A stretch of 64,000 nucleotides of DNA. Origin: Harriotta raleighana. Taxonomy: Eukaryota. The stretch is from the NCBI GenBank assembly GCA_050575255.1, contig JBNZDD010013718.1, positions 2,163,670 through 2,227,669 of the forward strand. The letters run 5' to 3'. Below the pieces are notes generated by a model. That model was not told the DNA's origin. It saw only the letters and a program-made list of their open reading frames with translations, and searched no databases. Position 1 is the first letter of the stretch. Every line of letters begins with the position of its first letter. This document shows positions 49,997 to 62,761 of this stretch, piece by piece. The position numbers and the translations under genes are program-made.

Positions 49997-52690
49997 TGTG
50001 TGTGTGTGTGATGATGGGGGTGGGGGGTGGGAGAGGGAAGTGTGTGAGTGGGGTGTGTTGTGTGTATGCGTATGGTAGTGGGAGGGTTGTGCAAGTGGGG
50101 GGAGGTGGGGAGTGTTGAGTGTGAGGGGGGGGTGAGTGTGTGAGTAGGGGTTGGGTGTATGTGTGTAGGGAGTGATTGTGTGAATAGGAGGTGAGAATGC
50201 ATGTGTGTGTGAGTACGTGGGGGGGGTGAGTGTGTGTGATTGAGTGGGGGGGGTGAGTAGGGTCTGAGTGTATGTGTGTGAGTAGATGGGGAGGGGGAGG
50301 AGGGGGNNNNNNNNNNNNNNNNNNNNNNNNNNNNNNNNNNNNNNNNNNNNNNNNNNNNNNNNNNNNNNNNNNNNNNNNNNNNNNNNNNNNNNNNNNNNNN
50401 NNNNNNNNNNNNNNNNNNNNNNNNNNNNNNNNNNNNNNNNNNNNNNNNNNNNNNNNNNNNNNNNNNNNNNNNNNNNNNNNNNNNNNNNNNNNNNNNNNNN
50501 NNNNNNNNNNNNNNNNNNNNNNNNNNNNNNNNNNNNNNNNNNNNNNNNNNNNNNNNNNNNNNNNNNNNNNNNNNNNNNNNNNNNNNNNNNNNNNNNNNNN
50601 NNNNNNNNNNNNNNNNNNNNNNNNNNNNNNNNNNNNNNNNNNNNNNNNNNNNNNNNNNNNNNNNNNNNNNNNNNNNNNNNNNNNNNNNNNNNNNNNNNNN
50701 NNNNNNNNNNNNNNNNNNNNNNNNNNNNNNNNNNNNNNNNNNNNNNNNNNNNNNNNNNNNNNNNNNNNNNNNNNNNNNNNNNNNNNNNNNNNNNNNNNNN
50801 NNNNNNNNNNNNNNNNNNNNNNNNNNNNNNNNNNNNNNNNNNNNNNNNNNNNNNNNNNNNNNNNNNNNNNNNNNNNNNNNNNNNNNNNNNNNNNNNNNNN
50901 NNNNNNNNNNNNNNNNNNNNNNNNNNNNNNNNNNNNNNNNNNNNNNNNNNNNNNNNNNNNNNNNNNNNNNNNNNNNNNNNNNNNNGGGGGGGGAAGCCTG
51001 ATGAGCCAATTCACAGCACTTAGATAAGCCAGTTTAGACTGGCACTGACCAGGAGTCTTGGGTCAGCCTTTGTGCTGACCATTTGTTTGTGAGTGCGGCC
51101 CTGTGGGACCTAAAATACTGGGAAAATAAAAGTATGAAACATCCGGGGAGAGATATTAAATGTTGTTTCAAAAAGTTTGTGTTCTGCNCTGAGTGTATGT
51201 GTGTGAGTAGATGGGGAGGGGGAGGAGGGGGTTGTGTGTGGGTGAGTGAGTGGGGGGGATGAATAGGATCTGAGTGTATGTGTGTGAGTAGATGGGGAGG
51301 AGGGGGTTGTNCTTATCGACGCAGAAAACCACAATCTATTAGGGGACTGTGGTGTCGATAAATAAAAGTGGAGACTTCTAAGAGAGAATAAACAAACACT
51401 TAACCCAGTGCTATGGAATAGTTGATGCATGGATAAGTAAGTGCAGAGATCAGGGAAATTGTGGTACAATTAAGGCTGAGGCAATGGCCAAAAAAAAAGG
51501 GAAGAAATTAATCGAGGTAAGGAGGGCAGGGTCATTAGAGTTAAGTGAGGGGATAAAAGAGAAGCTGAAGGAGGCAATGCAAGATGGGAGTGATCAAGCA
51601 AGGGTGATCGCTATTCATTGTATGTACTGTAGAATCCTTCAAACAATAGGTGGACAAGACGAGGGAGAGTTGCTATGTGATTCTCAATGCCTTAATAAGA
51701 TTGTAATTTTATTCAGGAGCAGAAGGAACGGCTGCAAATTGGCAGAGCAGAGGGACCCCTGGTTACTTTTGTAATTGGAAATACACAAGTGTGGGGCCCC
51801 TTCACTAGCTGCCAATGAATTCAATTGATGCATGAGTTTAAGCCATTGGTTATGATTTTGCAACATGATTTGGGGTAAAGGTTCATACGTCAACTTCTCT
51901 AAATATATCAGTGAANGTATGTGTGTGAGTAGATGGGGAGGAGGAGGAGGGGGTTGTGTGTGTGTGGGTGAGTGAGTGGGGGGGTTGAGTAGAGTCTTGA
52001 NTTGTGTGTGTGAGTGAGTGAGTGGGGGGGATGAGTAGAGTCTTGAGTGTATGTGTGTGAGTAGATGGGGAGGAGGAGGAGGTTGTGTGTGTGTGTGTGA
52101 GTAGATGGGGAGGAGGAGGGGTTGTGAGTGTGTGTGTGTGAGTAGACAGGGAGGAGGAGGGGTTGTGAGTGTATGTGTGTGAGTAGACAGGGAGGAGGAG
52201 GAGGGGNNNNNNNNNNNNNNNNNNNNNNNNNNNNNNNNNNNNNNNNNNNNNNNNNNNNNNNNNNNNNNNNNNNNNNNNNNNNNNNNNNNNNNNNNNNNNN
52301 NNNNNNNNNNNNNNNNNNNNNNNNNNNNNNNNNNNNNNNNNNNNNNNNNNGTGTGTGTGTGTGAGTAGACAGGGAGGAGGAGGAGGGGTGTGTGTGAGTG
52401 AGTGAGTGTGTGTGTGTGTGTGTGTGAGTGGGTGAGTGAGTGCTTGAGAATGACTGAGATTTATTTTGAGGAGGTGTGTAGTATGGACGTGCTTTCNGTG
52501 TATGTGTGTGAGTAGACAGGGAGGAGGAGGAGGGGTGTGTGTGAGTGTGTGTGTGTGTGTGAGTAGATGGGGAGGAGGAGGAGGGGTTGTGTGTGTGTGT
52601 GTGTGAGTAGACAGGGAGGAGGAGGAGGGGTGTGTGTGAGTGAGTGAGTGAGTGAGTGAGGGGGTGTGTGAGTGAGTGAGTGAGTGAGTG
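49997..52690. repeat. GT/GA-rich minisatellite (GTGTGTGAGTAGATGGGGAGGAGGAGGGG)n, with gaps and a mis-assembled duplicate
   Basis: Repeated unit visible; N gaps 50307-50985 and 52207-52350; single-N joins 51188, 51311, 51916, 52001, 52497. Confidence 0.85.
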
Positions 52691-52743
52691 CTTGAGAATG
52701 ACTGAGATTTATTTTGAGGAGGTGTGTAGTATGGACGTGCTTT

Positions 52744-52851
52744 CTGATTGGCTAATCCATGGCAGTGACCGGAGGCCCCGCTTGTGATTGGCCGTTGCCA
52801 TGGAGATTGTGGGACGCTGATCCGAAAATGTATGAATGAATGTCCACGTGG
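52744..52851. promoter_or_regulatory. Orphan promoter-like element: two CCAAT boxes, an RFX X-box and an E-box
   Basis: CTGATTGGCT 52744, GTGATTGGCC 52784, GTTGCCATGGAGAT 52794-52807, CACGTG 52846; locally CpG-rich. Confidence 0.6.
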
Positions 52852-53069
52852 GTCACCAGTGTGTGATCCTGCTCAGCTTTCCCACACAACACATACACTC
52901 GGCTGGGAAATCATTCATATCTTTTAATTCACCGAAAAAAATGGATTCTCACAGAGTCAGTTGGTTTGGGGACAGTTTCTTTGTTTTAAAAACACAGGTT
53001 TTTCTTTTTTTAAAAAAAACACACACACAGATCCTGAAATCCCAATTTGATATAATATACTACTGATGT

Positions 53070-53345
53070 TAATGCAGTAAAGCACCCTTGCATTTGGGGT
53101 ATAGCGCTTTTCTCGTCTTCTAGACGCCTCAAAGCACTTCCCAGAATATACTGTGAAGGGCATTGACTGTATGTTTGTGGGCGAAAACGCGGCAGCCAAT
53201 TGCGCAACAGCATTGCGTGCGGATTGAAATGGCCAATTTATTATTTTTTTCTTGTGGGGGGGGGGGGGGGGGGGGGGGAGTAAGGAAACTCACTCAAGGT
53301 TTCGCCCTGCCCGGAATTGAACACAGGTCTCTCGCTTCTAACCAG
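53070..53345 (-). mobile_element. Same tRNA-SINE family, diverged copy
   Basis: CCTTGCATTTG...GCGGCAGCCAATTGCGC...GGAGTAAGGAAACTC...GAATTGAACACAGGTCTCTCGC. Confidence 0.8.
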
Positions 53346-55490
53346 TTAACTGGAGGGATCCCACTCTGTGGACTCTCTCAAGGTTGTTGGTTGCTAATAA
53401 AAGTAACAAGTGACCCGAGAGCATGTTCCAGCCAACTTGAGAGAGGTGCATCAGGGCCAGGGAATCTGGTTGGGATCTGTCTTCTCAATTGTGCAATTGG
53501 CAGGAGATGGGAACCCTGTGGGGAAAGGTATCTGCAATCGAGAAATCTGTTGTTTTCCCCCCCATGTTTATTTTTTTAAAAATCCACAAATAAAGTATAA
53601 ATAATACAGATTGGCAGTAAAATGTATCTCAATAACACCAATCAACTCCACCGCAATTTTCCGCAGCATGCTGTTCAGATTGCCCTACAAAATTTTCCTG
53701 CAAGTAGAAATTNTCAATAACACCAATCAACTCCACCGCAATTTTCCGCAGCATGCTGTTCAGCAAAATTTTCCTGCAAGTAGAAAGATTTTCAAATTTT
53801 CCCACAATTTTGGGGGCAAGTATTTCCGCATCTTTCTTTTGGCCCAGCTAATGATCATCTGTGTTACACTCTCCACTGTATCTAAACCCCAGAGAAGTCA
53901 CGACCAGCAAATCAAGATAATGTCTCTGGTGTGTCCATGTCACCTTACAATGAGACATATACACTCACACACAAGGTGATACATGATGTCCCTGACACTG
54001 ATCTGCATCACACAATCATGCTAAGATGCACTCGGGAATATAAATTGTCCTGTTGAGAGGGGCAGTTGTGCGCTGGGGGCCTCCCTGACTGCAATCAGCC
54101 AACTCAGTGCAGACAGAGATTTGAACCCGTGACCTTTCGGTCTGGTCTGTATGGCCTAGTGCTGAGTCTTGATGGTAAAGTTGCCCACTGCGTTACCATC
54201 AAGTCCTGGCTTGGGGAGAGGACAGGGAAGCTGCTGTTTTGCAGGTTTCAAACAAGGTCTATCTCTGCCTTGAAATGACTGGTGCCACGTGTAATTCTCT
54301 GAGCTGCTGTATTACATGTCTGTAAAAGATGAAATTTTTGGAAGAAACGTAAGGACAGGATGGTCTATTTTCCCCCCTGTGCAGCAGATGTTACAGCCTA
54401 TATGTATGTGTGTGTGTGCTCCCCTTCACCAGCTGCTTTGTTTGGATTTAACCCTTTCCACCACACACAGACACACACATGCACAGACCAGAGAGAGAAC
54501 ATGATCAAATAGGCCTTTGATTTTTTGCAGTGTGAAGAAGCCCCCACCCATTCACTTTGTGGATCAATTGCAAGTATTAAAAGGAATCTTTTGAGTCAGG
54601 TACTGTTTGCTCAGCTCTTAACCACAACGGGACATGCATATATATCGCCGGTCCGAATCCAGCAGTTTGCATCTGCTGGATGTGAATCCAAAAATGTTCT
54701 GTAGCCGTTATTAAAAAAGGAGCACTCACTCTGAAGGGAAGGTGGAAAGTTTCATCCCAAACTCACATCAGAAGTTAATTTGCACAATTCACGTGGAGCA
54801 CTTTGATGGTAAGCAGCTGTAAAACTGCGGAACGAATCTGATTGTACAGCTGTACTTTCAACAAAGCTTTTGACCTCAATGATCAGGCTGACCTCCACGG
54901 TCAGGCTGAGGCACACTTGCTGTGTGATAGTGTGGGACAAGACTAGACAATAGGAAGGTTTCCCCCCCACTCCCCACATCCCTCTCTCTTCCATTGATTT
55001 AGGGATATGGAAAATAATACAATTCAGTTAGCTTTAGTTAGCTTGTCTGTTTGTGGTTTGATGTTTCACTTAGATCAGCTAGACTCCTAATCGTGTCTCA
55101 AGCGGTATTGGATACAAATTCTATCTGAACGGGTCTGAAGTCTGCTCTTGTGGGCTACATACATTACCAGGCCACTCCCAGCAATTGTTCTCATTGTAAA
55201 ACATCACAAGATGTACTCTGGAACCTTACTTTTAATGCTCTGTATGTTGCTGGTTATGTAACCAATGCGCACTGAATCCTAATTTAGGACCAGTAACTTA
55301 ACTGTGAACCGAGTGTAATGTTCTCAGTAGGAACAAAATATATACTCTAACCAATTTTAATAACTAGGCAACTACATGAATCAATTCAAGTGTGCAGAGA
55401 TCTGACGAAGCCTGATGGAATCAAACCGGATCATTTAATGATAGAAGCCACAAGGTCTCTCCATGCTACGATCAAACAACAACAGAATTA

Positions 55491-55775
55491 TGTAGCTCAG
55501 TGGTTAGAGCACTAGCCTTACAAGCGTGAGACTTGTATTCGAATCCAGGCAGGACAAAACCTTCGGCGAGTTTCCTTACTCCACACGCCTAATAATAATC
55601 CCTAAAAAAAAATTGGTCATTTCAATCCACGACTGTTTGTGGGACACTGCTGTGTGTAATTGGCTGTCGCGTTTTGCCCACAAATACGCAGTCAATTCAC
55701 TTTACAGTATATTCTGTGAAGCACTTTGAGACATCTAAAAGACGTAGTATATCAAATGCAAGGATTATTATTATT
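55491..55775 (+). mobile_element. Near full-length tRNA-derived SINE (Deu-like core, L2-type tail ending in (ATT)n)
   Basis: A-box TAGCTCAGTGGTTAGAGC, B-box-like TTCGAATCC, core ...TGTTTGTGGGACACTGCTGTG...AATTGGCTG, tail TGTGAAGCACTTTGAGAC...CAAATGCAAGGATTATTATT; many homologous copies in the window. Confidence 0.88.
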
Positions 55776-56302
55776 ACATTTGTATAATGCCTTTCACGTC
55801 GGGAGGACATCCCACTGCAATGGGAATAGCAGTTCTGATAAGATTAGCAGCTTTTTCACGCTTCGTGTAAGGTGACATTGTCACAGGAGCCAACCTTCGG
55901 ACGAGTCGTTAAGCTGAGGTCCTGCCTATTCCGGTGGTCATTAAAGATCCCCGGGCTCGATTCAAAAAGTAAAGGGAGCAACTCCTGGTGTCCTGGTCAA
56001 CAATCTCCCAAATACAATTGGTCATTCACTCCATGGGTGTTTGTGAGACATTCTTGTGCGCAACGGGCTGCTGCATTTCACCCACAGAATGCACGGTCAA
56101 CACCACTTTACAGTATATCTTGTGAAGCTTTTCAGATGTCTTGACGACATGCTAAAGCACTTTATCAAACGGAAGGATTATTATTATTATATGGTGAAAC
56201 CAGACGTGGTCTGAAACTAGCCTTTATTCCGGAGGGAATCTGGTGTGAATTCAGCTTGGTATTAAGGGGGGGTGGGGAGGCCATAGCAAAAGGGGGCATT
56301 GC

Positions 56303-56450
56303 GAACACAAAATACTGCAGATGCTGGAAATCTGAAACAAAAACAGAAGTCCCTGGGAACACTCAGCAGCTCAGGCAACATCAACGGAGAAAGCTGCCAT
56401 AGATGCTGGCTGACGTGCTGAATGTTCCCAGCGACTTCTGTTTGTGTTTT
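56303..56450. mobile_element. Shark-type palindromic repeat (Penelope-like terminus)
   Basis: AAAATACTGCAGATGCTGGAAATCTGAAACAAAAACAGAA...CTCAGCAG...GATGCTGGCTGACGTGCTGAATGTTCCCAGCGACTTCTGTTT forms a long hairpin; a second partial copy lies at ~63295-63420. Confidence 0.7.
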
Positions 56451-57429
56451 AATAAGCTAGTGGAACAGGCTCAATGAACTGAATGGCCTCCTCCTCTCCC
56501 TGCTTTCTCATCTTTCTAAAAGAACCTTTTAGTTGATGGTTAATTCTGAGACCCGGGATAGTTCACTTTTTGTGTGTTTTGTCGACTTTCGCTAGCACGT
56601 AGTTTTGCCACACTTTGACTATGGCCTCTGCGCCAGATCATAAAAATAATCAGATCAAGTTAATCCCTTAAAAGAAATATTTCCCTTCCTGGTATCAAGA
56701 GCATTGATTGTATGACTTTAGACAGCCCCTGTTATCTATTCACCAGAAATGAGGTCATATCAGTTCAAGACTGATAGCTGGTACAGAACCCACAATCTCT
56801 GGTAAGTGTCACTGTGCAGGAACAAAGATACAAATCCATTTGACAAAGGTCTCCTCATTGGCAAAATAGTCAATTAGTTAAATGATTAGAAAGTATACAC
56901 ATATATTGACGAATTTCCTCTGATGCGCCAGTGAGCAAATGATCCAGTGATTACTCGATAACACAGAACTGGAAAGTCACCAGCTCCAGTTCTGGAGTAG
57001 AAAAGAAAATAATAATTATAATAATAATCCTTGCATTTGAAATAGCACCTTATCACGTCTTTGAGACATCTCAAAGCGCTTCACAGAAAATGCTGTAAAG
57101 TGAATTGACTGGTTATTTTGTGGAGTGAAACGTGGCAGCCAATTGCAGTGTCCTACAAACAGTCGTGGATAGAGTGACCAAATCATTATTATATTTAAAA
57201 AAAATTGTTTGAAGAGATTATTATCCCTGGAAAAGTTAACAGCCAATCGACTAAAAACCCGTTTCCTACTTACTGCTAGGTAAACAGAGGTGTTGGGAAA
57301 GAGAACTTGTGTTCCTGCCCAGGAATTAAACAAGTGTTCAATTTACTGTATATTCTGTGAAGCGCTTTGAGATGTCTAGAAGATGTGAAAAGTGCTATAT
57401 CAAATCCAAGGATTATTATTATTATTAAG

Positions 57430-57760
57430 TTGTTCATGTAAATTCACTTTTCTATTTGAAGTTCCGAATCACAAATTGATGTCAAATTAAAAAATGTAAA
57501 ATTTCCATTTGTAAAGGGAAGGCAATAGAATGCGTCTTTCCCCACATCACATCTCACCTTGTATCCACTGGAAGCAAAGTGGGCAGCAAAAATGTGGCAG
57601 ATGTTTTGGAGTGAAGTCCAAATGGCAAAAAGAGAGAGAGTGGACAGAGCAACAAACTTATCTCAAGGCTGAAAGCGTTTTACTGCTCTCTGCTGGCTTT
57701 CAGTGGTCGTGCAATTCACGATTCAGAACTTCAAATAGAAAAGTGAATTTACATGAACAA
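57430..57760. repeat. 41-bp inverted repeat (57430-57470 / 57720-57760) nested in tail-to-tail SINE ends
   Basis: TTGTTCATGTAAATTCACTTTTCTATTTGAAGTTCCGAATC versus its reverse complement, one mismatch. Confidence 0.85.
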
Positions 57761-59249
57761 ATTAATGATAATAATAATAATAACCCTTGCAGTTGATATA
57801 GCGCATTTCCATGTTTTCTACATATCCCAAAGCTCTTCAGAGACCATACTCTAAAGTGAATTGACTGTATATTTTGTGGGTGAAAACTTGCTGGCTGATG
57901 AATCAGTCCCAGCTTTTAAGACCACCAAAAAGCACAAGATGAGAAAAGGCTGCTTCTCCCACCCACTCTTATATCCTTGGGGGGGAAATTCATCACCAAT
58001 AGCTTCCTGATCCCCAAAGGCAACTAGGGAAAAATCTCTGGATCATTCACCGCTAGCCTGCTTTCCTGCACAGACAACAACCATGCTTTGCCTGCCCTTG
58101 CAAGAGAGAAACTCTGATGTCACATAAAGTATTTACTCAGTCTATAACCTCTAATAATCATCAGAGTCTATAACCAGTAATATTCTTGCCTGGATACTTA
58201 TCCTTGAAAGAGGTAACTGCAGAACAACAAATTTCTTTGATGGATTTTATGGTAGAGTTGCAGATCTCCCTTATTGTACCAAATGTCTTCTTATATAAGT
58301 TTGGAATGAATCCCAAATCTGTCTGTGAAGAAAAGAACCAGGTTTTGAAACCCCAAATCCTATGGGTCAAAAACTTTTCTGCCCTTTGCCGTTTCTGGTC
58401 TTATAGTTGTTTTGGTTTTGTATAGTTACTTGATCGACCCCCTTCTGCCCACCACCCACTTCTGTTTTTTCACTCTTACTGAGGGCTCTTTTTTTGATGA
58501 ACGAGGAGGTGTCAAAAGTCAACTCATATTGCACTGGGATGCGAATGCTGATATCAAGGGCTAATACACAGGGCTTAATTTCCAATGTTTATCGTTTGCA
58601 TGTGAGATACAAATTAAGATAAAGCACAAAAGACTGCAATGACCCTGGGCCTTACGTAAAGGCCTCTGCTTGAAATATATCTAGAATTTAAGGCCACCTG
58701 GTCTGACTGAAGTCAAATGAAACATAAGATAATAATTAATAATAATTAAACTTCAGTCTGACCACTTGAATCATGGGCCAAAGTTATCCAATGACTGATA
58801 TCCTCCGAATGTAAGGAGGAGCTGATGTTATTGAAACCCACTGGTTATGGAAACATTTGACTCTCTGTGGCAGAGGAATTCTCGGTAACTTTGAATACTT
58901 TGATAGAATATGGCACCTTCTAGTGGTCGAATCTGTGAACTTTTGAAACTACTGTACTGCATGCCTCTGTCAACTAATGTGATTCATATTGTAACACAGC
59001 GAGAACAATATCTGTTGTGTGTTTCACTTGAGATTAAAAGTGCAGAGCCATCTCAGTTATCCACGCCTCAATCATTCCCAAATATTTGTCATAAAATGAA
59101 CGGCAGATAATGAGCTCACAGCTCTGCTTCTCGCTCATCTTTCCCATCAAGATTGAATCTCGTTTTTAGGCCTGGCTGCTTATGATTGTGGTAAAAGCCC
59201 ATCTGTTTTGCTAACCTTGCTGTATCAAATGCAAGCATTATTTGTTTGT

Positions 59250-59282
<33 letters not shown>

Positions 59283-59883
59283 CATCAGCAAGAGATCCTG
59301 GATCAGCAAGAGTTCCTCTCAGTCTTCCATCAATCATTCGGCTTTCAGCTGCAACTCAAATTGGTATTGATTCGAAAAAGTTTCCGGGAGTAAAGTGAAA
59401 CGTGGAAATGTGTAGAGTCTCCTTATGTTAAGTGAGGCTTCGAATGCTGGAAAACCAACAATGAATCAGTATGTATGAATCAGCTTCACAAATTCTCCCG
59501 CATTGCCCGGATGACTGGCTTCCTAATGCAAAGCCAACTTGATCAGCAAGTCACCAAAGAGAGTCATAGGATCATTAATCCATTGGCCGAGGCCTTAGCC
59601 AAGAGTCACAGTTGAGGTTCGGACAAGGTACGAGTCGATAATTATTCAAAGGTTCTTGTCTCCTTTACTTCTGTGCTTATCAGTGAAATCAATATGCGAG
59701 ATACAGGCACACACATACATTTTCTTTGCTTGCCTACTTTCTCAGCCCGTTTCAAGTAATTGAGAAACAATCACCCGCTTGGGCACCTAACAGAACTCTA
59801 CAATCAGCACATCAACCACTGGCCAGTGGGCTGAATTTAGGCAGCCAATCGATTCTGTAATCTCCTCTATGTTTAGAGGCTTT

Positions 59884-60195
59884 AATAATAATAATAATAA
59901 TAATAATAATCCTTGCATTTGATATAGCGCTTTTCACATCTTATCAACGTCCCAAAGCGCTTCACAGAATATACTGTAAAGTGAATTGACTGTATATTTG
60001 TGGGCGGAACGCGGCAGCCAATTGCGCACAGCAGTGTCCCACAAACAGTCGTGGATTGAAATGACCAATTTTATTATTGTGTTTTTTTTTTGGAGGGATT
60101 ATTATTAGGCGTGTGGAGTAAGGAAACTTGCCCAAGGTTTTGCACAGGTCTCATGCTTGTAAGGCGAGTGCTCTAACCACTTAGCCACAGGAGCT
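59884..60195 (-). mobile_element. Near full-length copy of the same tRNA-SINE family
   Basis: Reverse complement of the 55491 element, with (AAT)n tail; short deletion around the B box. Confidence 0.88.
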
Positions 60196-62578
60196 CCAAC
60201 GCTGTGTCTGATTTGCAGTTTGGAATTGGGATTGTGCTACAGTATTGTGTTAAGGAATGCAGCGAATAGTATAGGTTCCAGGGAGTCTAAAGAATCCAAG
60301 TTAGAGTATATGTGTGTGTGTCTATGTGTGTCCGTACGTGTGTGCGTGCATGTTAGGCCACAACAACAACACAACAACAAAATTACTCTCGTATGGCGCC
60401 TTTCGCATCAGGAGGATGTACCAAGGTGCTGGGATGCTGGCAGAAATATCTGGCCAACATCCTCTCTCAGGGTCAGTATTCAAATCTATTCCCTTAAATT
60501 TTCTGAAATAGAGTAAAACTAGGGTTTAAGGAATCCTGAAATTGAACCCAAGTCTCTCGCTTGCAATGTGAATGCTCTAACCACTGGGCTACCAGACTCC
60601 ACATGTCCAAATATGGTTCTGACCTGTTGCCGAAAAGTTCAATTCACTCCAATATTAGAACGCAATTAATTCTTCAACAAACTAAGTCAAAGTACTTCCG
60701 TTTCAATTCGCAATCGAGCCTTCATTTCTTTTGCTCGGATTTGCATTCCTTCACTTCATCTCTAATTTCAGTCCTTGTACCTCAACTTTAAGCTCCTTGA
60801 TGGAATTTCTCTCTTCTCAGTCGGCCGTGTTTGCTTAATCTTTGGCCTGTAAGGTTCATTGAATAAGCCGGAAGTGGAAGGGGTGGTGGTGGGGGGCTAG
60901 TTTGCAATCTCTTGCCCTATTATTCAGGGTTGAAATACTTTTGAAGTCATCAAGACCCACTATGATACTGATAACACTTGCCCAGAGATTGGACGAAAGC
61001 AGTGTTTTAGCCAGGTTTCTAATCTGCACTCTGACTCTCCCCTTTCACCAAAAGATAATAGAGTTTACGGTCTCGCAATCTTCTTAAAAAGAAAGTGTTT
61101 ACATAAGCGAGCCTGTCTCTTGTGCAATTTCTTTATCTTAACTCTGTTCTTATATCTCGTCTTCCTGTTAATTATCTTCACTGATCTCTTTTGCATTTGC
61201 ACTGACTTCCTGACTCTTTGTTATTTAGGCCAGACTACATGTCAAACTCCCAGAATCACTGGAGCCACAATCTCAACTGCTGCTGGCCTTCTATTGAGAT
61301 GAGAAATTCACCTCATCCCGAGCTTAAATATATATATTAAATCATTGCTAGTACATATGTGAATTCTTAAAATACTGCAGTATAATAGTATAACAGCGAT
61401 AAACAATAATAATACTCCTTACATTTGATATAGCACCTTATTACATCATTGAGATGTGTCAAAGCGCTTCACATGATATACTGTGAAGTGGATTAACTGT
61501 GAGCGAAATGTAGTAACCAGTTTGAGCACAGCAGTGTCCCACAAACAGACATGGAGTGAGTGGCCAATTTTATTTAGAAACAGTATAAATGGCCATCTCC
61601 GCACAGCAGTGAGTGCAGGAAGATGTTTGCAGTACCACTTAACATAGTTTTCTGAGTGAATGTGAAATTCCAATTTGTCTGCCACGCAATAGCTGGGCTG
61701 CTCCGCAGGTTCCTTTCGTACTAGATGATATTTATTGTAACAATAACAATCCTTGCGTTTGATTTAGTGCCTTATCACACCGTCGAGACGACTCAAAGTG
61801 CTTCAAAGGCCATGGGTAGGGGTTATGGGGAAAAGACTGGAAAATACCACTGCTCTTTCAAACACCCAACACAGACATGATGGGCCGAAAAGCTTTCTTC
61901 TGTGCTGTGAATTTCAGCACAGATATCAATACTGTACCATAGACTCTGTTAATACCATTCTCACCTGTCTCATTTTGTACTTCTCTGGATCAGGAGTGCT
62001 CGTGGCAAAGGGCAGAGCTTAATGTGTAAATTACATGGAGTTTCAGGGGCTATAATTCCGACTCAGGGTGTTAATGATTGGGCAACAACAACAAAAGTAC
62101 ATTTCTATAGCTCCTTTCATGTCGGGAGGGCAACCCAAGGTGCTGGGCAATCAGTATTCGTGCCGTAACAAGCATCTGGTGAATAATAAATAATAATCAT
62201 TATAATGATACATTACAATTATAGTAATTATTATAATACTAGTGAATAATAATAATCATGCTGAATGTGCCCACTTAGCAAACATGTTGTAAACATGTCC
62301 GCCTTATAAAGGGGGTGGTGGTGGGGGAGAGGCAGAGAGTGTAAACAACCTCGTTAAATTACTGTACAGTACTTTTATATTAAACTAGATTTGTAGCCCC
62401 CAAAACCCGCCAATTACTAGCCCCAAAGGTAGCCCAATGTTGTGTGTTGCCTCCTATGGGGCAGCTGGAGGGGCTTTGGAAACTGAGTAAGAAAAGCTCT
62501 TGAAAGGGGAGGGGGTGGGGTGGGGGGGTGGACCCACAAGTGTTGCTTATTTTGAGTGAAAAGGTTAAAAATTAGGCA

Positions 62579-62750
62579 CCCGCCCAAAGCAGAGTCTTTC
62601 AAGCCCAATTGGGCGTGAAAACCCGCCCAACCTGGTCGGGGGGGGGGGACACACGCACACACACACACACACGCGCACGCGCACACACAGCAGCTGGAAG
62701 TGAGTCCGGAAGAGACTCTGCCTAGCAACCGAAAAGCGTCACTAGCAACC
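62579..62750 (+). promoter_or_regulatory. DNAAF4 promoter: GC boxes, CCAAT, ETS and two RFX X-box-like sites
   Basis: CCCGCCC at ~62579 and ~62622; CCCAATTGGG ~62604; CCGGAAG 62706; CTGCCTAGCAAC 62718-62729 and GTCACTAGCAAC 62738-62749 immediately upstream of the ATG. Confidence 0.75.
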
Positions 62751-62761
62751 GCCTGGGAGCC

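Noticed and set aside
49109-51915. ~850-bp duplication giving twin ORFs 49528-49818 and 51484-51774
   Set aside because: The copies are essentially identical, flank a gap and are interrupted by N-joined minisatellite pieces; most likely mis-assembly.
49728-52364. Long ORFs of 245-428 aa spanning the gaps, and R/E/G-rich ORFs at 62863-63414
   Set aside because: Artefacts of N runs and low-complexity repeats.
55491-55556. tRNA-like sequence (A and B boxes, TAC anticodon-like loop)
   Set aside because: It is the head of a SINE, contiguous with the SINE core and tail, and has no proper acceptor stem.
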